Source: Carpediemonas membranifera BICM (lineage: Eukaryota > Protista > Fornicata). From it: a stretch of 64,000 bases of DNA. The DNA lies in assembly GCA_019828565.1 (NCBI GenBank), contig JAHDYR010000005.1:124001-188000 (forward strand). The letters run 5' to 3'. Position 1 is the first letter of the stretch. Each line of letters starts with the position of its first letter. Position numbers and translations under genes: made by a program. Positions 24,401 through 36,789 of the stretch are shown in pieces. The notes below the pieces were generated by a model, which saw only the letters and a program-made list of their open reading frames with translations, did no database searches and was not told where the DNA came from.

Positions 24401-25344
24401 CGTTGCTGAGCTACGTGCTCCTGGAACCGATGGGGCATTGTGCGCCCCATGTGTTCCGGTAGCACGCAGCCGAGAAACGACTGCATCCCGGGAAGAAACG
24501 ATCAGAAACATCTTCTGGTATGTTTGAAACAGGGCTCGGCTCAGCGCATTCTACCTTTTACCACAGCACTTGACGTGGACAGAGAGAATGCTACACGGAA
24601 ACTAGTATCGTTTCGTGCTGGGGCTTCCTGATCTTTTCAGTGCAATTATATTCAACGAATCAACTTAGGACCAACGGACATGGGCGATCAGCAGCAACAA
24701 ATGCTCATGGGTATAGATCGCCTGGGAAGTTATGAAGAGTACGCCTTTAAATGTTCCATTTATGAGCCAACTCACGCAAAGGGTAAGGAGTGGGTTGGGT
24801 GGGGTGCTTAGTAGTCAACGGCCGAATAGCCCTGCCTCACGCAGAACGAGATGTCCTGTTGGGCGGTGTGGTTGTAGGAGTGGATGGTGCGGGCCATGTC
24901 CAGGATGAAGGGTCCGGCGATGGCGGCGCGGATGTACGCCTTCTTGGGCGGGCGGGGACCAGAAGCAGCCTTGAGTGTTTTGTGAAGGGTCGCTGCGACT
25001 GTGTCCAAGTTCGCTCCGCCGACGCCGAGATTGAGAATCACGGCGTCCACGTCATACAGGCGTGCTTTCCACTGAGACTGCTTGCGATAGTCTCTGTTGC
25101 TCATCAAGATGCACGTAGGTGCAGCCTCGCCAGTAGCCTTGCAGTGTTCGAGCGTGCCGCAGATCTTGAGGACTGTGGGCTGCTGTCGATCGCCTTTCGG
25201 TATGAGACCATCGGCTATGTTGTGCCTCGCGCCTTCCGGGAGGCTGGCTCCCGGCTTCAGGTCCTGGTCGCCCAAGGTGAACTCTCCTGGGAGCGCCGCC
25301 GAGCATTTGGAGGCTATCTTGATGACTTCACCCTGGATGGCGCC
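15442..25344. repeat. Tandem array of a 1,084-bp unit, about 9.1 near-identical copies
   Basis: Marker GGTATGAGACCATCGG recurs at ~15442, 16526, 17610, 18694, 19780, 20864, 21948, 23031, 24116, 25199; the ORF track repeats with the same period. Confidence 0.98.
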
Positions 25345-25438
25345 TGTGGTACCCAAACAATTGAGAGAGTGAAATTTAGAAGCAGGTTTGAGATCATTGA
25401 CCAAATAAGACTGATCATTAAATGAGGTCGTCATGACA
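25345..25438 (-). repeat. 3' LTR of Gypsy element 1 (94 bp)
   Basis: Identical to 29555-29648. Confidence 0.95.
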
Positions 25439-25747
25439 CTTCCCCCCATGATCCCAAACCGTCCACAAGCTCAAACGTGCCTCCCAACCGTCAGCAAAAA
25501 TTCTAACGGTTCAAGTCCGGCGAAATGCAAAACCCGCCAGACCGACTCCAGTGAAGTCAAAAACGCAATTGAGCACAATAGTCTGAAGAACGCTGTTCTA
25601 AACGAACAAATAGCGCACAGAATGGTGTAGAACATAAGAAATAACCAATATCAGTAACTAGATTCCAACGTTCTGCTCTTCCCCCCCTAGGCTGCGGTCA
25701 CCAACTGGGCAAAACCCCAAAATGGCTTTTTGATGAGCCGTTGGTTA

Positions 25748-28700
25748 TTAGCGCTGCCTATAGGAAGCTAATTTCCTTTGACCTCGGAGTTTTCTGCGCA
25801 AACTCGGTTTGTCTGCGAGGTACTCCTCAAACGCCCTAAGTTCATCAAGGTCGGCGTTGAAGCGTTCCCATGTCGCCTCTTCCTCGAGGTACCCCTCCCA
25901 CAGCACATGTAGGTGAAGGACGCCGTCCTCAAATTTGTGAGAGTCGATCGCTTCTACGACATATTCGTCAACTCTCTGGGCCGCTAGCCGTGTCAACTCA
26001 GCCCTTGTCGCGTCAGACTCAAAATGCCTTAGACGCTCGGCATGGACCTTAGCCACTACGCCTGTCGTCAGGTTCTCCACGAAGTAAACGTTCGGCGACT
26101 CTGCGGGTCCCTGGCACCACATTGGCCCAGCCAGCTTCGTGCGGCGGCCGACAGTGGTCGTTACCAGCACTGGCTTGTTCGATAGGGCCACGTGCGATGC
26201 TTCTGCTGGTGTTTGTTGTTGCAGCGCCTGGTCTTGGATGACTCTCTGTAGTTCCAGGCTGCCCTTGAAGGCCTCAAATGGCATCTTGCTCTCATTGCTC
26301 ATGATCTCTTCTGGTCTTACGACCACGTCTTGGTTATAAAGCAAATTCAGTGGCGATAGGCCTGTCCTGGCCACAGATGTTGAATTAATGATGTACTGAG
26401 CCAAAGGTAGTAGCCGCGTCCATCTAAACTCCTGCAGATCGAGCATTAGCGTCTCTAGATGCCTCTTAACCTCGGCGTTGACCCTCTCAACTATTCCTTG
26501 AGAACCCGGGCGGTAAGGCGTGCCGACGTGATGTTGCGACCCGAGCCTTTCCATTAGAGCGTCAATCAGCTTATTTCTATACTGGCTGCCCCCGTCGCTG
26601 TGAATCACCCGGGGAATTCCGTAGTGACCCACCCAGGCCAAAATTGCCCCTGCCGCGGCATCTGCGTCCGTCGAACGCGTGGGACCAGCATAGTTAGCTT
26701 CGAGTACGTGTCAATTAACACGCACACGTACCGCAGACCCTCGCTCTCCGCGATGGGTCCGATCGTGTCTACCTGCACGACATCAAACGGCAGGCGACCT
26801 GCCGTACGGTGGCGCAAGTGTTGGACGGGCTTGGCCGTCTTGCGCGTGACCTGGCACACAGGACACGACTGGACAAACTCCTCTGCGTCCTTATACATGC
26901 CCCTCCACCTCCTACCGAGCGATATAAGCTTGTTCACCGTCGCTCTCGCTCCGATATGGCCGTGTATGCCTCCGTGAACCTCGGAGATCCACGTGGCGTG
27001 ATCATCTGCCTCGACTGTTGCACCGCATAGGCGAGATAGCGCGTCGGCAGCACCGTTCGCTTGACCAGGCACGTGTACGACGGAATAGTCGAACCTTTCC
27101 AGTGCCATGCGCCATCTAGTTACCTTAGCGTTCGTGCTTGTCGCGATATACAGCAAATTCCGGTGGTCCGTTCTCACAGTAAACGGCCTGCCTACTAGGA
27201 ACCGCTCGGCCTTGATCATAGCGTAATAAATGCCGAAGCCTTCCTTTTCATAGGTGCTCCACCTTCTTTGAACATCCGATAGTGTCTTGGAATAGAAAGC
27301 AATCGGACGCTCCTCCCCGTCTTCGATCTGTAACAAAACTGCCCCGACAGCGTAGTCACTCGCGTCGGTTTGTAGGATTAATTGGCAGCCACGCTTGGGG
27401 TGACTTAACATGTTGTTCTGAGATAGGGTCGCTTTGATGTCGACTAGGGCATCTTGTTGGGCCTTCTCCCAACGGAACTCTTCCTTGGCTCTCGTCAGAG
27501 CCAGGACTGGCTCCATCATATTGCCGTAGTTCGGAATCATATGGCTAAAATAGTTCGTGAACCCGAGTAAGGTTCTGACTCCGGCAACATCTCTCGGGCT
27601 GGTTAGGCGGTCGATGCCTTCTAGGCGGTCAGGCGCGATTCGCTTGCCGTCGCCATTCACAAGCCAGCCCAAGTATTCTATTTCTGTCAGTCCGAACTCA
27701 GACTTGGACAGATTCAGCTTCAACTTGGCCGAGTTGAGCTTTCTCAAGACATAGTCCAGATTGTCGAGGTACTCTCTGGTTCTCTCCGAATATTACTATG
27801 TCGTCTACATATGCGAGACACCGTGTCCACAGTGCATCGCCCAGGACGGATTCGAGGGTCTTCTGACAGAAGGCTGCGGCCCCTTTGAGTCCGAAAGCTA
27901 AACGCTTGTACTGATACTTACGCTTCCCAACTGTAAACGCCGTTAGTCTGCGTGAGCTCTTGGTCATAGGAATCTGGTGAAAGGCCTTGCTTAGGTCCAG
28001 CTTAGCGAAGAGGGTCTTACCCTCTAGTCTTGCTACCAGATCGTCAATGATAGGGAGGTCGTGATCGAAGTCCTCCGTCGCGTCGTTAAGGCGCCGAAAG
28101 TCCAAGCAGAGCCTGCGGGTGCGATCGCGCTTCCATACAAGCACCGTAGGATTGTTATAGTTGCTCGTAGACTCCTCAATCACATTCAGATCCTCCAGCT
28201 GCGCCGTCTGGCGCTGCATATCCTCTCTTTCTTCAGCCGAGACGTGGTATGGAGGGATGTTGATAACCTTCTGGTTTGTAAGAACCAGTTCGAAGGGTGG
28301 AACGTCTGCTGGCTGCGAAATGTCGCCGAGAACGTCTTTGTACTTGCTTAGGATGGTATTAGTCTCTTCAGGGAAGCTACGTATCTGTAGTTCGTGCTCC
28401 GCTTCAGCAAGGGTAAATAACGTCTCGTCTACTTCATCTTCATCAAGCTCCGCGAAGTGTGGCTCTCCAGAATTCTCCATCGTCGGCTTGACGATCGTGA
28501 TTAGCCCCAACGCACTTAATGTCGATATTCCCATAACTAATGTCGGCTTCAGCCCGGGTAGCACCCGCAAATTGAGAGCAGCTTGAGTTCTCCGCCCAGT
28601 AGATGGCAACACTCCAAAATCTGCACTCAACTTAACAATGCCGGGTGAGTTGTAAATCGTACCAGTGGCCAGCTTAACCTTAGCATGGTCGGGCTCGACG

Positions 28701-29543
28701 ACTAGGCCGAGCTCTTTGACGAGGGATTGGGATATAAAGTCGGTAGAGGCCCCTGTGTCATAAAGGAACGCCAACACTCTCCCCAGGATGCCCACCTCGC
28801 CAATGGGTCTGTTGTCGCGGTCCTCCGCGACCAAAGCATTAAGATGAACGTACTTCTGCCCCTTTACTCCCTCACGCTCGTCACGCTTACGCTTCCAACA
28901 CGTATCCACATCCGACTTCTCCTTAGCCTTAGTCATCGTTGCGGAGGTCGCACTCTCTCGCTCCACACGCTGGTGCTCTCTGCGAGCCTTCTCTGCTTCC
29001 GTGGCCTGGATGAATGCCTCGGCGATCGTCTCGTCAAGCGTCTTCGCCTTCTTAGCATTCACATGCTCCTTCAAGCGACCGTACCTGATGCCAGCAACAA
29101 AGGCATCGACGATGAGCTTCTCCGTGGGCCGAACCTTACAACAGTTACGAACTTGACGCTTATACGCCAGGGCATACGCGGCCATGTTGTCAATGAGGTT
29201 ACCCTCAGAGCCGCACGACAAGTCCTTAAAGCGATCTAAAGCGTCCACCTCATCCAGAGGCTGCATCAGCTCGTCTACCATGGTGATAAAGGCCTCGTTG
29301 AGTTCAGAGGTATCGGCCGGCTCTTCATCCGGCGTTTCATTAGCGTACTCCAGGAACCTCAAGTTCAGGGATTCGGATCTTAAGAACCTCTAGGACCTGC
29401 GTTTCGATTAGGTCAAAGGCAACGATCGGATCGGCTTCACGGGCAGCATACTGCTCGTAGTCTTGACGGAAAGTATACCACGACTTGGTGGTGGCCTTTC
29501 GCAGGAACGGGGCGTTGTTGAGTTTTGTTTCAGGTAAATGCAT
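25748..29543 (-). CDS. Gag-Pol polyprotein of Gypsy element 1 (frameshifts near 29365, 27780, 26660)
   Basis: FLYDTGAS (PR), LAYVDD (RT), LQTDAS (RNase H), H..H..CPVC, DTIGP, SDGG and GIVERVN (IN), EYVVEAIDSH..VLWEGY..ATWE (chromodomain). Confidence 0.9.
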
Positions 29544-29554
29544 GCAGTAATTAC

Positions 29555-29648
29555 TGTGGTACCCAAACAATTGAGAGAGTGAAATTTAGAAGCAGGTTTG
29601 AGATCATTGACCAAATAAGACTGATCATTAAATGAGGTCGTCATGACA
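29555..29648 (-). repeat. 5' LTR of Gypsy element 1 (94 bp)
   Basis: Identical to 25345-25438. Confidence 0.95.
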
Positions 29649-29681
29649 GCGCCGCATACCAGCAGAACGAGATGTCCTGTG

Positions 29682-30464
29682 CATACCAGAAGATGTTTCT
29701 GATCGTTTCTTCCCGGGATGCAGTCGTTTCTCGGCTGCGTGCTACCGGAACACATGGGGCGCACAATGCCCCATCGGTTCCAGGAGCACGTAGCTCAGCA
29801 ACGTCCTCCAATTTAGCACGTGATGGTGATGTCAACCAGTGTTCGATATTTTCCTTCGGTTGATTCAACTCACAGATAAGATGTTCCTGAAGGTGCGTGA
29901 CGGTGGACTGGGGTTCACTCGAACTGCAGCCAGCTGGTATGCGGCGCCATCCAGGGTGAAGTCATCAAGATAGCCTCCAAATGCTCGGCGGCGCTCCCAG
30001 GAGAGTTCACCTTGGGCGACCAGGACCTGAAGCCGGGAGCCAGCCTCCCGGAAGGCGCGAGGCACAACATAGCCGATGGTCTCATACCGAAAGGCGATCG
30101 ACAGCAGCCCACAGTCCTCAAGATCTGCGGCACGCTCGAACACTGCAAGGCTACTGGCGAGGCTGCACCTACGTGCATCTTGATGAGCAACAGAGACTAT
30201 CGCAAGCAGTCTCAGTGGAAAGCACGCCTGTATGACGTGGACGCCGTGATTCTCAATCTCGGCGTCGGCGGAGCGAACTTGGACACAGTCGCAGCGACCC
30301 TTCACAAAACACTCAAGGCTGCTTCTGGTCCCCGCCCGCCCAAGAAGGCGTACATCCGCGCCGCCATCGCCGGACCCTTCATCCTGGACATGGCCCGCAC
30401 CATCCACTCCTACAACCACACCGCCCAACAGGACATCTCGTTCTGCGTGAGGCAGGGCTATTCG
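29682..30464 (-). repeat. Inverted partial copy (~780 bp) of the 1,084-bp unit
   Basis: Reverse complement of the unit; the same ORF translations appear on the opposite strand. Confidence 0.95.
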
Positions 30465-30520
30465 CATACTGTCAACATCCCTAGATTATCTTTGCTAAAC
30501 CCTAGATTATCTTCGACCTC

Positions 30521-30878
30521 GACGACGAGAGCCATTTTTTTCAAGTTCGACCACTTTGGCTCTGTCCCCTTCTGTAGACCTTCGGGTCGATTAGTTTTAT
30601 CCAATTTTGTGTCCCGGGTCAAACCCTATAAATCCTCTCTCTCCTCTCATCGCTACAGTAATTACTGGTACCTAGTAAGATGAATCAGCTCCAGTCAATT
30701 GACCTGTTTATGGCCCCCTTCCTCACCAAGACTACTCAGAAAGAGTGGGAGGAATTCCGCGAGAACTATTACGCGTACCGTGCCAAAGGCGGTGCTATTC
30801 CTATTAAGCACTTGATTGGCCGTACGGTATGGCAAATCTTCGCTCTCCGTGACCCCGCTCTCAAAGAATCCCTTCCTG
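30521..30878 (+). mobile_element. Truncated third Gypsy family: partial LTR, palindromic junction and gag 5' end
   Basis: TATAAAT box, ...CTACA|GTAATTACTG, then ATG 30680 MNQLQSIDLFMAPFLTKTTQKEWEEFRENYYAY, homologous to element 1 gag (APFLRKATTKSWYTFRQDYEQY); cut at 30879 by CATACTGTG. Confidence 0.75.
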
Positions 30879-31993
30879 CATACTGTGAAAGTCGGTAGAT
30901 AATCTACGATTTTTTCTAGATAATCTAGGGCCTAAAAACCCTAGATAATCTACGGTTGCAAGAAAAAATGAACTCGACGATGAGACGGAGCTGGATCTTC
31001 AAAGTGGTATGGTAGTACTTGGCTATACCTAAGCAATACGCATGCGCAGTATCAAACTTTAAATCCTGCTAGAAAAAAGTAACATAGGGACAAATTGGAA
31101 TTGAGAGTTGAGACTCAAAAAGCGGGCAGGGGGGAGGAAATGGTCCATAGGTACGCCTTATGGGTCGCTTCCTCCCCTCTGCCCCTTTTTTTATCGCAAA
31201 ATCGATTTGCCGGATTTGACACACGTTTGATGTGATCAAAATGGATTTGATAGACATGGGTCCAGATCATCCAGTTGGCCATCCTGAAGCGCTAGGGCGG
31301 CCTGCAGACCGCAGCAATGCCTCTGCTGAATGCCCTTCATGCCTGACGGACAGGACGCGCGTTGACTCTAAAGGACTGCATGTTTCGGCATCAGAAGAAG
31401 GCGCGGAATACAGCGGAGTCATCGCCGAACCGCTCCGACCAAGTCGGTTATTAGGACATCGCGTTCAGACGGCCTCTGCAATTACCAAGTCAATAGATGG
31501 GAGTCGACCTGATCAGCACGTCATTCGGGGCCTCAGGTGACCCTATAGCTGAGCTTGGCTGGGCGCTGCTGCGGCCATAGGCCGCTAGTGCCCTTACTGG
31601 CACGTTTCTCCTCGTATAGCGGCCGTAGAGGTCTGATCTGAGCCTCGTTATAATAGTCTGCCCGAGTAGAGTCCAGCCATACCGTAAATGTCCCCCAATC
31701 TCCCCCTCCCGGTCGCTCATACCTCCAAAATGGCCTATATTCCCTGTAGGAAGCTTAATAAGGGCGGATTTCCCATAAGTCGTGGCATAGAGGGAAGAGA
31801 CTTTGTACACAGCCTCCTGATCGTGGGTTCAATTTTCACCGGGAGCAATATGCTCTTTTTGGCAGACAACGCCGCTCCGAGCTCTATCGCGCCCAGCGGT
31901 GCCTGCAGCGGCCAGAACAGAGCTAGAATTCGGGTGATTTTTAATCTCGATCGAAATGCTGCTGACGCACGCTCTAGAGGGACTGAAGCGCTC
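30521..31993 (+). repeat. 1,473-bp segment duplicated at 53658-55130
   Basis: Colinear at a constant offset of 23,137 bp with scattered substitutions; matching ORF pairs in the track. Confidence 0.93.
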
Positions 31994-32533
31994 CTCGAGG
32001 CGCCAATGAATGGAGACAGATCGTATTGTTCGCGTTTACTTTGAATACTGCAGCAATAATGGAGATAATGAGATTTGCCGGGAACTGCAGACGAATTCCC
32101 TCACTAACTAGCCTGGAATCGTGATAAAGCTCCTACATGATCACTCTGCATGCCCCAGGAAGCATTGTACGCATGCTCAGAACCGCTTGAGCTGATGTTG
32201 GGCTGCTCCGCAGGATAAGGGATGATCGCTCATGAACGTCTGACAGCAGATCCTGGACGATAGAAGGGACGAAGAGAACACGTAAACATTTACATTCATT
32301 GCGACGCGTATGCCAGCTGGGTTGGCACTGGCGACATCAACGCAGACTTCGCCATCGCTGTCGGTGGTAGGCGAGTCGTTGATGTTGTTAGGGAGTGATG
32401 TGGATGATGGAACTTGCTGTTGAGGGCGCCGGTGATGCGGGGCTGGCGTGGGGCTGGCGGTTGCGGTGTGGGCGTGGCGCAGATGGCGCTGGCGTAGGGG
32501 TGCTGTGTGGGCGCTGCGATGAGGGAGCCAGGA

Positions 32534-32667
32534 ATGAGGCGCCAGGATGAGGGCGCCAGAGATGAGGCGCCATGGATGAGGCGCCAGGATGAGGGCGCCA
32601 GAGATGAGGCGCCAGGATGAGGCGCCAGAGATGAGGCGCCAGGGATGAGGCGCCAGGGATGAGGCGC
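32534..32667 (+). repeat. GATGAGG(G)CGCCA(G/GA/GG) minisatellite, left part (split by Gypsy element 2)
   Basis: Tandem 13-15-bp units; the array resumes at 38612. Confidence 0.93.
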
Positions 32668-32810
32668 TGTTGTGGGTCCTACCCAAAGTTACACAGATTT
32701 ACGTTATATTTAATAGTCAAGGAGTTTCTCCTCGACACCCTTGTGTCGAGTCTTCTCCTCAGTAAAAGTTCAACACCCATTGAACCACAGTACTAGTACT
32801 ACCAAAACAT

Positions 32811-35800
32811 ATGGGTACGGAAACTTACAGAAGCCTGAAGAAGAATCCGCCTCTCCTGAAGAAGTCCTCCATGGACGCTCTTTTGGACTTTGCGGATAAC
32901 CTCCACGATCATCGCGCCTTAGGCGGCCGCGATGATGTTATTGACCTCATCGAGCCTAGCATAGCAGAGCTAGCAGGCCTTAACGACGACGAAGAGGTTG
33001 AAGACACTCCTCTCCTGCTCTCCGCGAAGCTCCGTAAGAAACGTCGTGTCGCAGCCCAAGATGAACGAGTCCTCAAGCGCCTCGGTGCTGCCCTTCGACC
33101 TTCTCGCCCGAGCATGCGTCTACAGCTCTTCCGAGTCCCCGCCAAGTCCTTCGAGCCTGATGAGGTTGCTCGAGTGAACCGCCGATTCAATCTGCTCTTG
33201 AAGCTCGTTCAACCCGAAGATCCCGAGGACGTCTTGAAGGAGACGTACAGCCGCTGCTTCAAGTTCCCCAACAACAGTCGCATCATGTATCGAGTCAGAG
33301 AATCAACGGAGCGCAAGGATCTCAAGGACGCAATGGCTGATGTCCTCGTCATGTCACGCGACCTCAAGGAGTCCAAGGAGATGATCGCTTCCTTCGGCGC
33401 TGCGGGGGTCTCCGACTCACAGCGTACCAACACCACGCCCTCCCATACACGGCACACGGGGAGCGGTCCGAAGAACCCTCATCGACGCGAGCCTGACCGC
33501 ACGAACGTAGCCCCCTCAAAAGGCAAGCCGATCGACAAGCCCAAGCACGAGAAGAAGCCATTCGTGTGCTTCAACTGCGGTAAGGTCGGTCACTCCGCTC
33601 GCCGATGCCCTGCTCCGAAGACAACCTGTTCCAAGTGCCAGAAGCCGGGCCACCGAGCTGAATTCTGCCGTTCTGAGGTAAATTCAGCTCGTTGTGTGTT
33701 TTCTCTCGGTTCCCGTCAGAGTGTCCTTCCCACCGTCAAGGCTAGCATTCTTAAGCAAGTCGTGTCCGTCCTGTTCGACTCGGGCGCTGACTGCGCAACC
33801 ATTGACCCCAAGCTCTGCTACGGCAAGGCAGTGAAGTGGATCTCACACGAGAAGACACTTATCGAGACAGTGGGCGGCGTCAGAGAGGCCGAGGGTCAGG
33901 TATCCTTCCGCCTCGTCTTAGCGCCCTCGCCATTCACTCCGCGCGGATGCTCTATCACTATTAAGGCCTACGTCCTGTCGACCGCTTTCGATGTATGCCT
34001 GGGTTACCCTCAGATGGTGGAGATCGGCCTTCTCCCTTCGTTGTCTGAGCCTACCAGCGAGCTCGCAGCCAGCGACGAACCACCTACATTCGAGAAGTAC
34101 GTCGCGCAAGCCAGAGCCATGTCCTCTTCCTTTTCTCAGAGGCAGGCCGACATCCTCAAGCGTTACGCCCGGACATTCGTGGACCGTACCGAGCCAAGCC
34201 GGCTCGAACCGTATGATTTGGTCCTCAAGGGCGACAGAGTCGTACACATTCGGCCGTACTATGTTCCCCCGCCGAAAGTCCCGATCATTCAAGAGCACAT
34301 TAATACGCTCCTGGCAAAGCGCTACATCGAGGCATGCCAGTCTCAATACGCGAGCCCTACCATCATAGTTCCAAAGAAGGGGGGAAAGACGCGTTTTGTC
34401 GTCGACTTCCGCGAGATCAATCAACTAACGGAACCATTCGACTACCCCATCCCTCGCATAGACGAAGTTCTCACTCAACTGTCCGGAAAGTCTGTGTTCG
34501 CTACCCTAGACTTGTCAGCAGGATACCATCAGATCCCTCTTACTGAACGGTGCCGTCACCTAACCGCCTTCCGTACTGTTTTTGGTCAATACCAATATAC
34601 ACGGATGCCCTTCGGCTTACGTAACGCCGGAGCGTACTTCCAGAGGGCGATGGAAGACGGGTTCAAGGGTCTGGTGGGCTCCGCCTGTGTCATATACATT
34701 GATGACATCATCGTCATGGGTGCGGATGAGGACGAGTACCTGGGAAACCTCGAAAAAGTCATGCAACGCGTTGACAAGCTTAACCTTCAGCTCGGCCGAG
34801 ATAAGTGCCAGTTCGGTCGGCAAGAGGTCGAGTTCCTCGGGTGGATCATATCCCAAGGCAGCGTGAAGATCTCACCCCAGCGGACCGAAGATATCGCGAA
34901 CCTCAAGCTGTCTTCATCCACGAAGGGCATGCAGGGTCTCAACGGATTCCTCAACTATTTCCGCGATTACATACCCAACTTCGCGGTCCGAGCTAAGCCT
35001 CTGCTAGACGCCATGTCCGGTCGGCAGACCCCCTCGAGACGTTCTTCAGAAGTCGCTGGACGATCTGAAACAAGCTTTATGTTCGGCCGACGCTCTAGCC
35101 ATGTTCGACGCGACTAAGCCTCACACCGTCATGACTGACGCATCCGATGTCGGGTACGGAGCAGTCTTACTCCAAGAGGGCCGACCAGTTTGCTATATGT
35201 CGCGTGCGTTCAACGACGTCCAGTCACGCTGGTGTACCGGTGAGAAAGAAGCCTACGCTATCGTGGCAGCGTTACAACGATGGCGCAAGTTCCTGTGCTG
35301 GGAGAGCTTTACTATTCTCACGGATCACCGGAACCTACTCTATATGTACCGGTCCACCAACGCCAAGGTCCGCCGGTGGGCTGATTCGATCGCCGATTTA
35401 GATTTCACCCTACAGCACATCGCCGGTCTGGACAACGGTGGAGCCGACGGTCTCTCGAGAGTATTCTCCATGCAACAGGCGTCGAGGGATCAGGTATCCC
35501 GCGCTCATCTCACAGCAGGAGCTCATCTGTCTCGCCGGATGACAACCGAGCAACTTAGGGCCGACGGTTTGTCTGTCTCCCGTCAAGTCGTAGACGACGT
35601 GATTACCGCGTGTCCAGAGTGCCAAGTCTTGGCCCGCCCTCCTGTTGATACACCCGACGGCCTGCATACAGCTGTAGACCTCCCGTTCCGGCGTGTGGCC
35701 ATTGACACCATGGGTCCGCTACCGACGGTCAACGGCCTGTCCTACGTGACAGTAATGATCGACATGTGCTCCCGCTGGACAGAGCTAGTCCCGGTCAACA

Positions 35801-36747
35801 GCACCTCAGCCAAAGACGCAGCCAACGCATTGGTCAACACCTGGATTCTACGATACGGATGCCCCGAAGTCGTCCAATCGGATGGGGGCTCAGAGTTCAA
35901 AAACGCTCTGTTCAAACGCCTCTCCGAAGAGATGGGGTTCGACGTCCACATAACGACAGCATACCATCCCCAGAGCAACGGTGTCGTCGAACGCGCGAAC
36001 AAGGAGGTCGAACGCATCCTCAGAGCCAGGAAGCTGGAGTTAAGGAATAACGATTGGGTAGCACACCTACCAGTCGCCCAATTCTTGGTCAACTCAATGC
36101 CCAGGATCCCGACCCGGTTGACTCCGGCCGAGATCATGTTTGGCGCCAATTTATCAATACCGTCATCGATCTATATCACGGATGCCGCCTCGGCTGGTCC
36201 GCCACAGTCGAAGCTAGCCGCAGCCGATGCCGCCATCCAACTCGCCAAAGCAAGGATTAGAGCCATGCGCGAAGACGCTCTCGCAAAGGCAACCTCATCG
36301 AGAAGCGAGATATTGAGCCGTTTCGTGCTGGTCAAATACTACCCAAGACCACCGAGCAAGCTAGCCCCGGGCTGGCGCGGCCCCATGAGGCGTGTCGCAG
36401 CCGTCAAACGTGATGGTGTTGTCGTCGCATATGAGGTACAAGACCTCAGTCAGTCAGCGGACGGTCCAACTATCAAGGTAGACGCGGCACGTGTGCGAAG
36501 ATTTGACCCAGGCAAGCTCTCGGAGCAACAGATCTATGACCTCGCAGCCGCTTCCGTCGATGAGTGGCATGTCGAGCGCATCTCACGCTCTAGAGGCTCG
36601 GGCCCCAAGTCAAGGCGCGAGTACCTCGTACACTGGGTCGGATTCGAGGATTCAGAGGCTTCATTCGAACCTTATTCGCACGTCAAAGATTTGGAAGCCC
36701 TCGATACATATTTGAAGTCTGACCAAGCCAAGCGTGACGGTCTGTAA
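32811..36747 (+). CDS. Gag-Pol polyprotein of Gypsy element 2 (one frameshift near 35030)
   Basis: Two CCHC knuckles (CFNCGKVGHSARRC, CSKCQKPGHRAEFC), LFDSGA, IYIDD, MTDAS, CPEC, IDTMG, SDGG, NGVVER, chromodomain EWHVERI..YLVHWVGF. Confidence 0.93.
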
Positions 36748-36789
36748 AACTTCTCAACATCGAAGCTGTATCCTCGAGGAACAAACGAT

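Larger units (their letters stand above)
25345..29648 (-). mobile_element. Ty3/Gypsy chromovirus-type LTR retrotransposon (element 1), 4.3 kb, 5-bp TSD GCGCC
   Basis: Identical 94-bp TG...CA LTRs; TSD at 25340-25344 and 29649-29653; minus-strand PPT GGGGGGAAG at ~25439-25447; gag-PR-RT-RH-IN-chromo order. Confidence 0.96.

Noticed and set aside
15442-25344. Array as CRISPR or rDNA/5S repeat; the many 84-210 aa ORFs as genes
   Set aside because: No variable spacers and no rRNA motifs recognised. ORFs start at GTG/TTG, overlap on both strands and are broken by indels between copies.
32177-32686. ORFs translating the GGCGCC minisatellite (also 38501-38849)
   Set aside because: Stop-free reading of a simple repeat (WRLISGA...), not evidence of a protein
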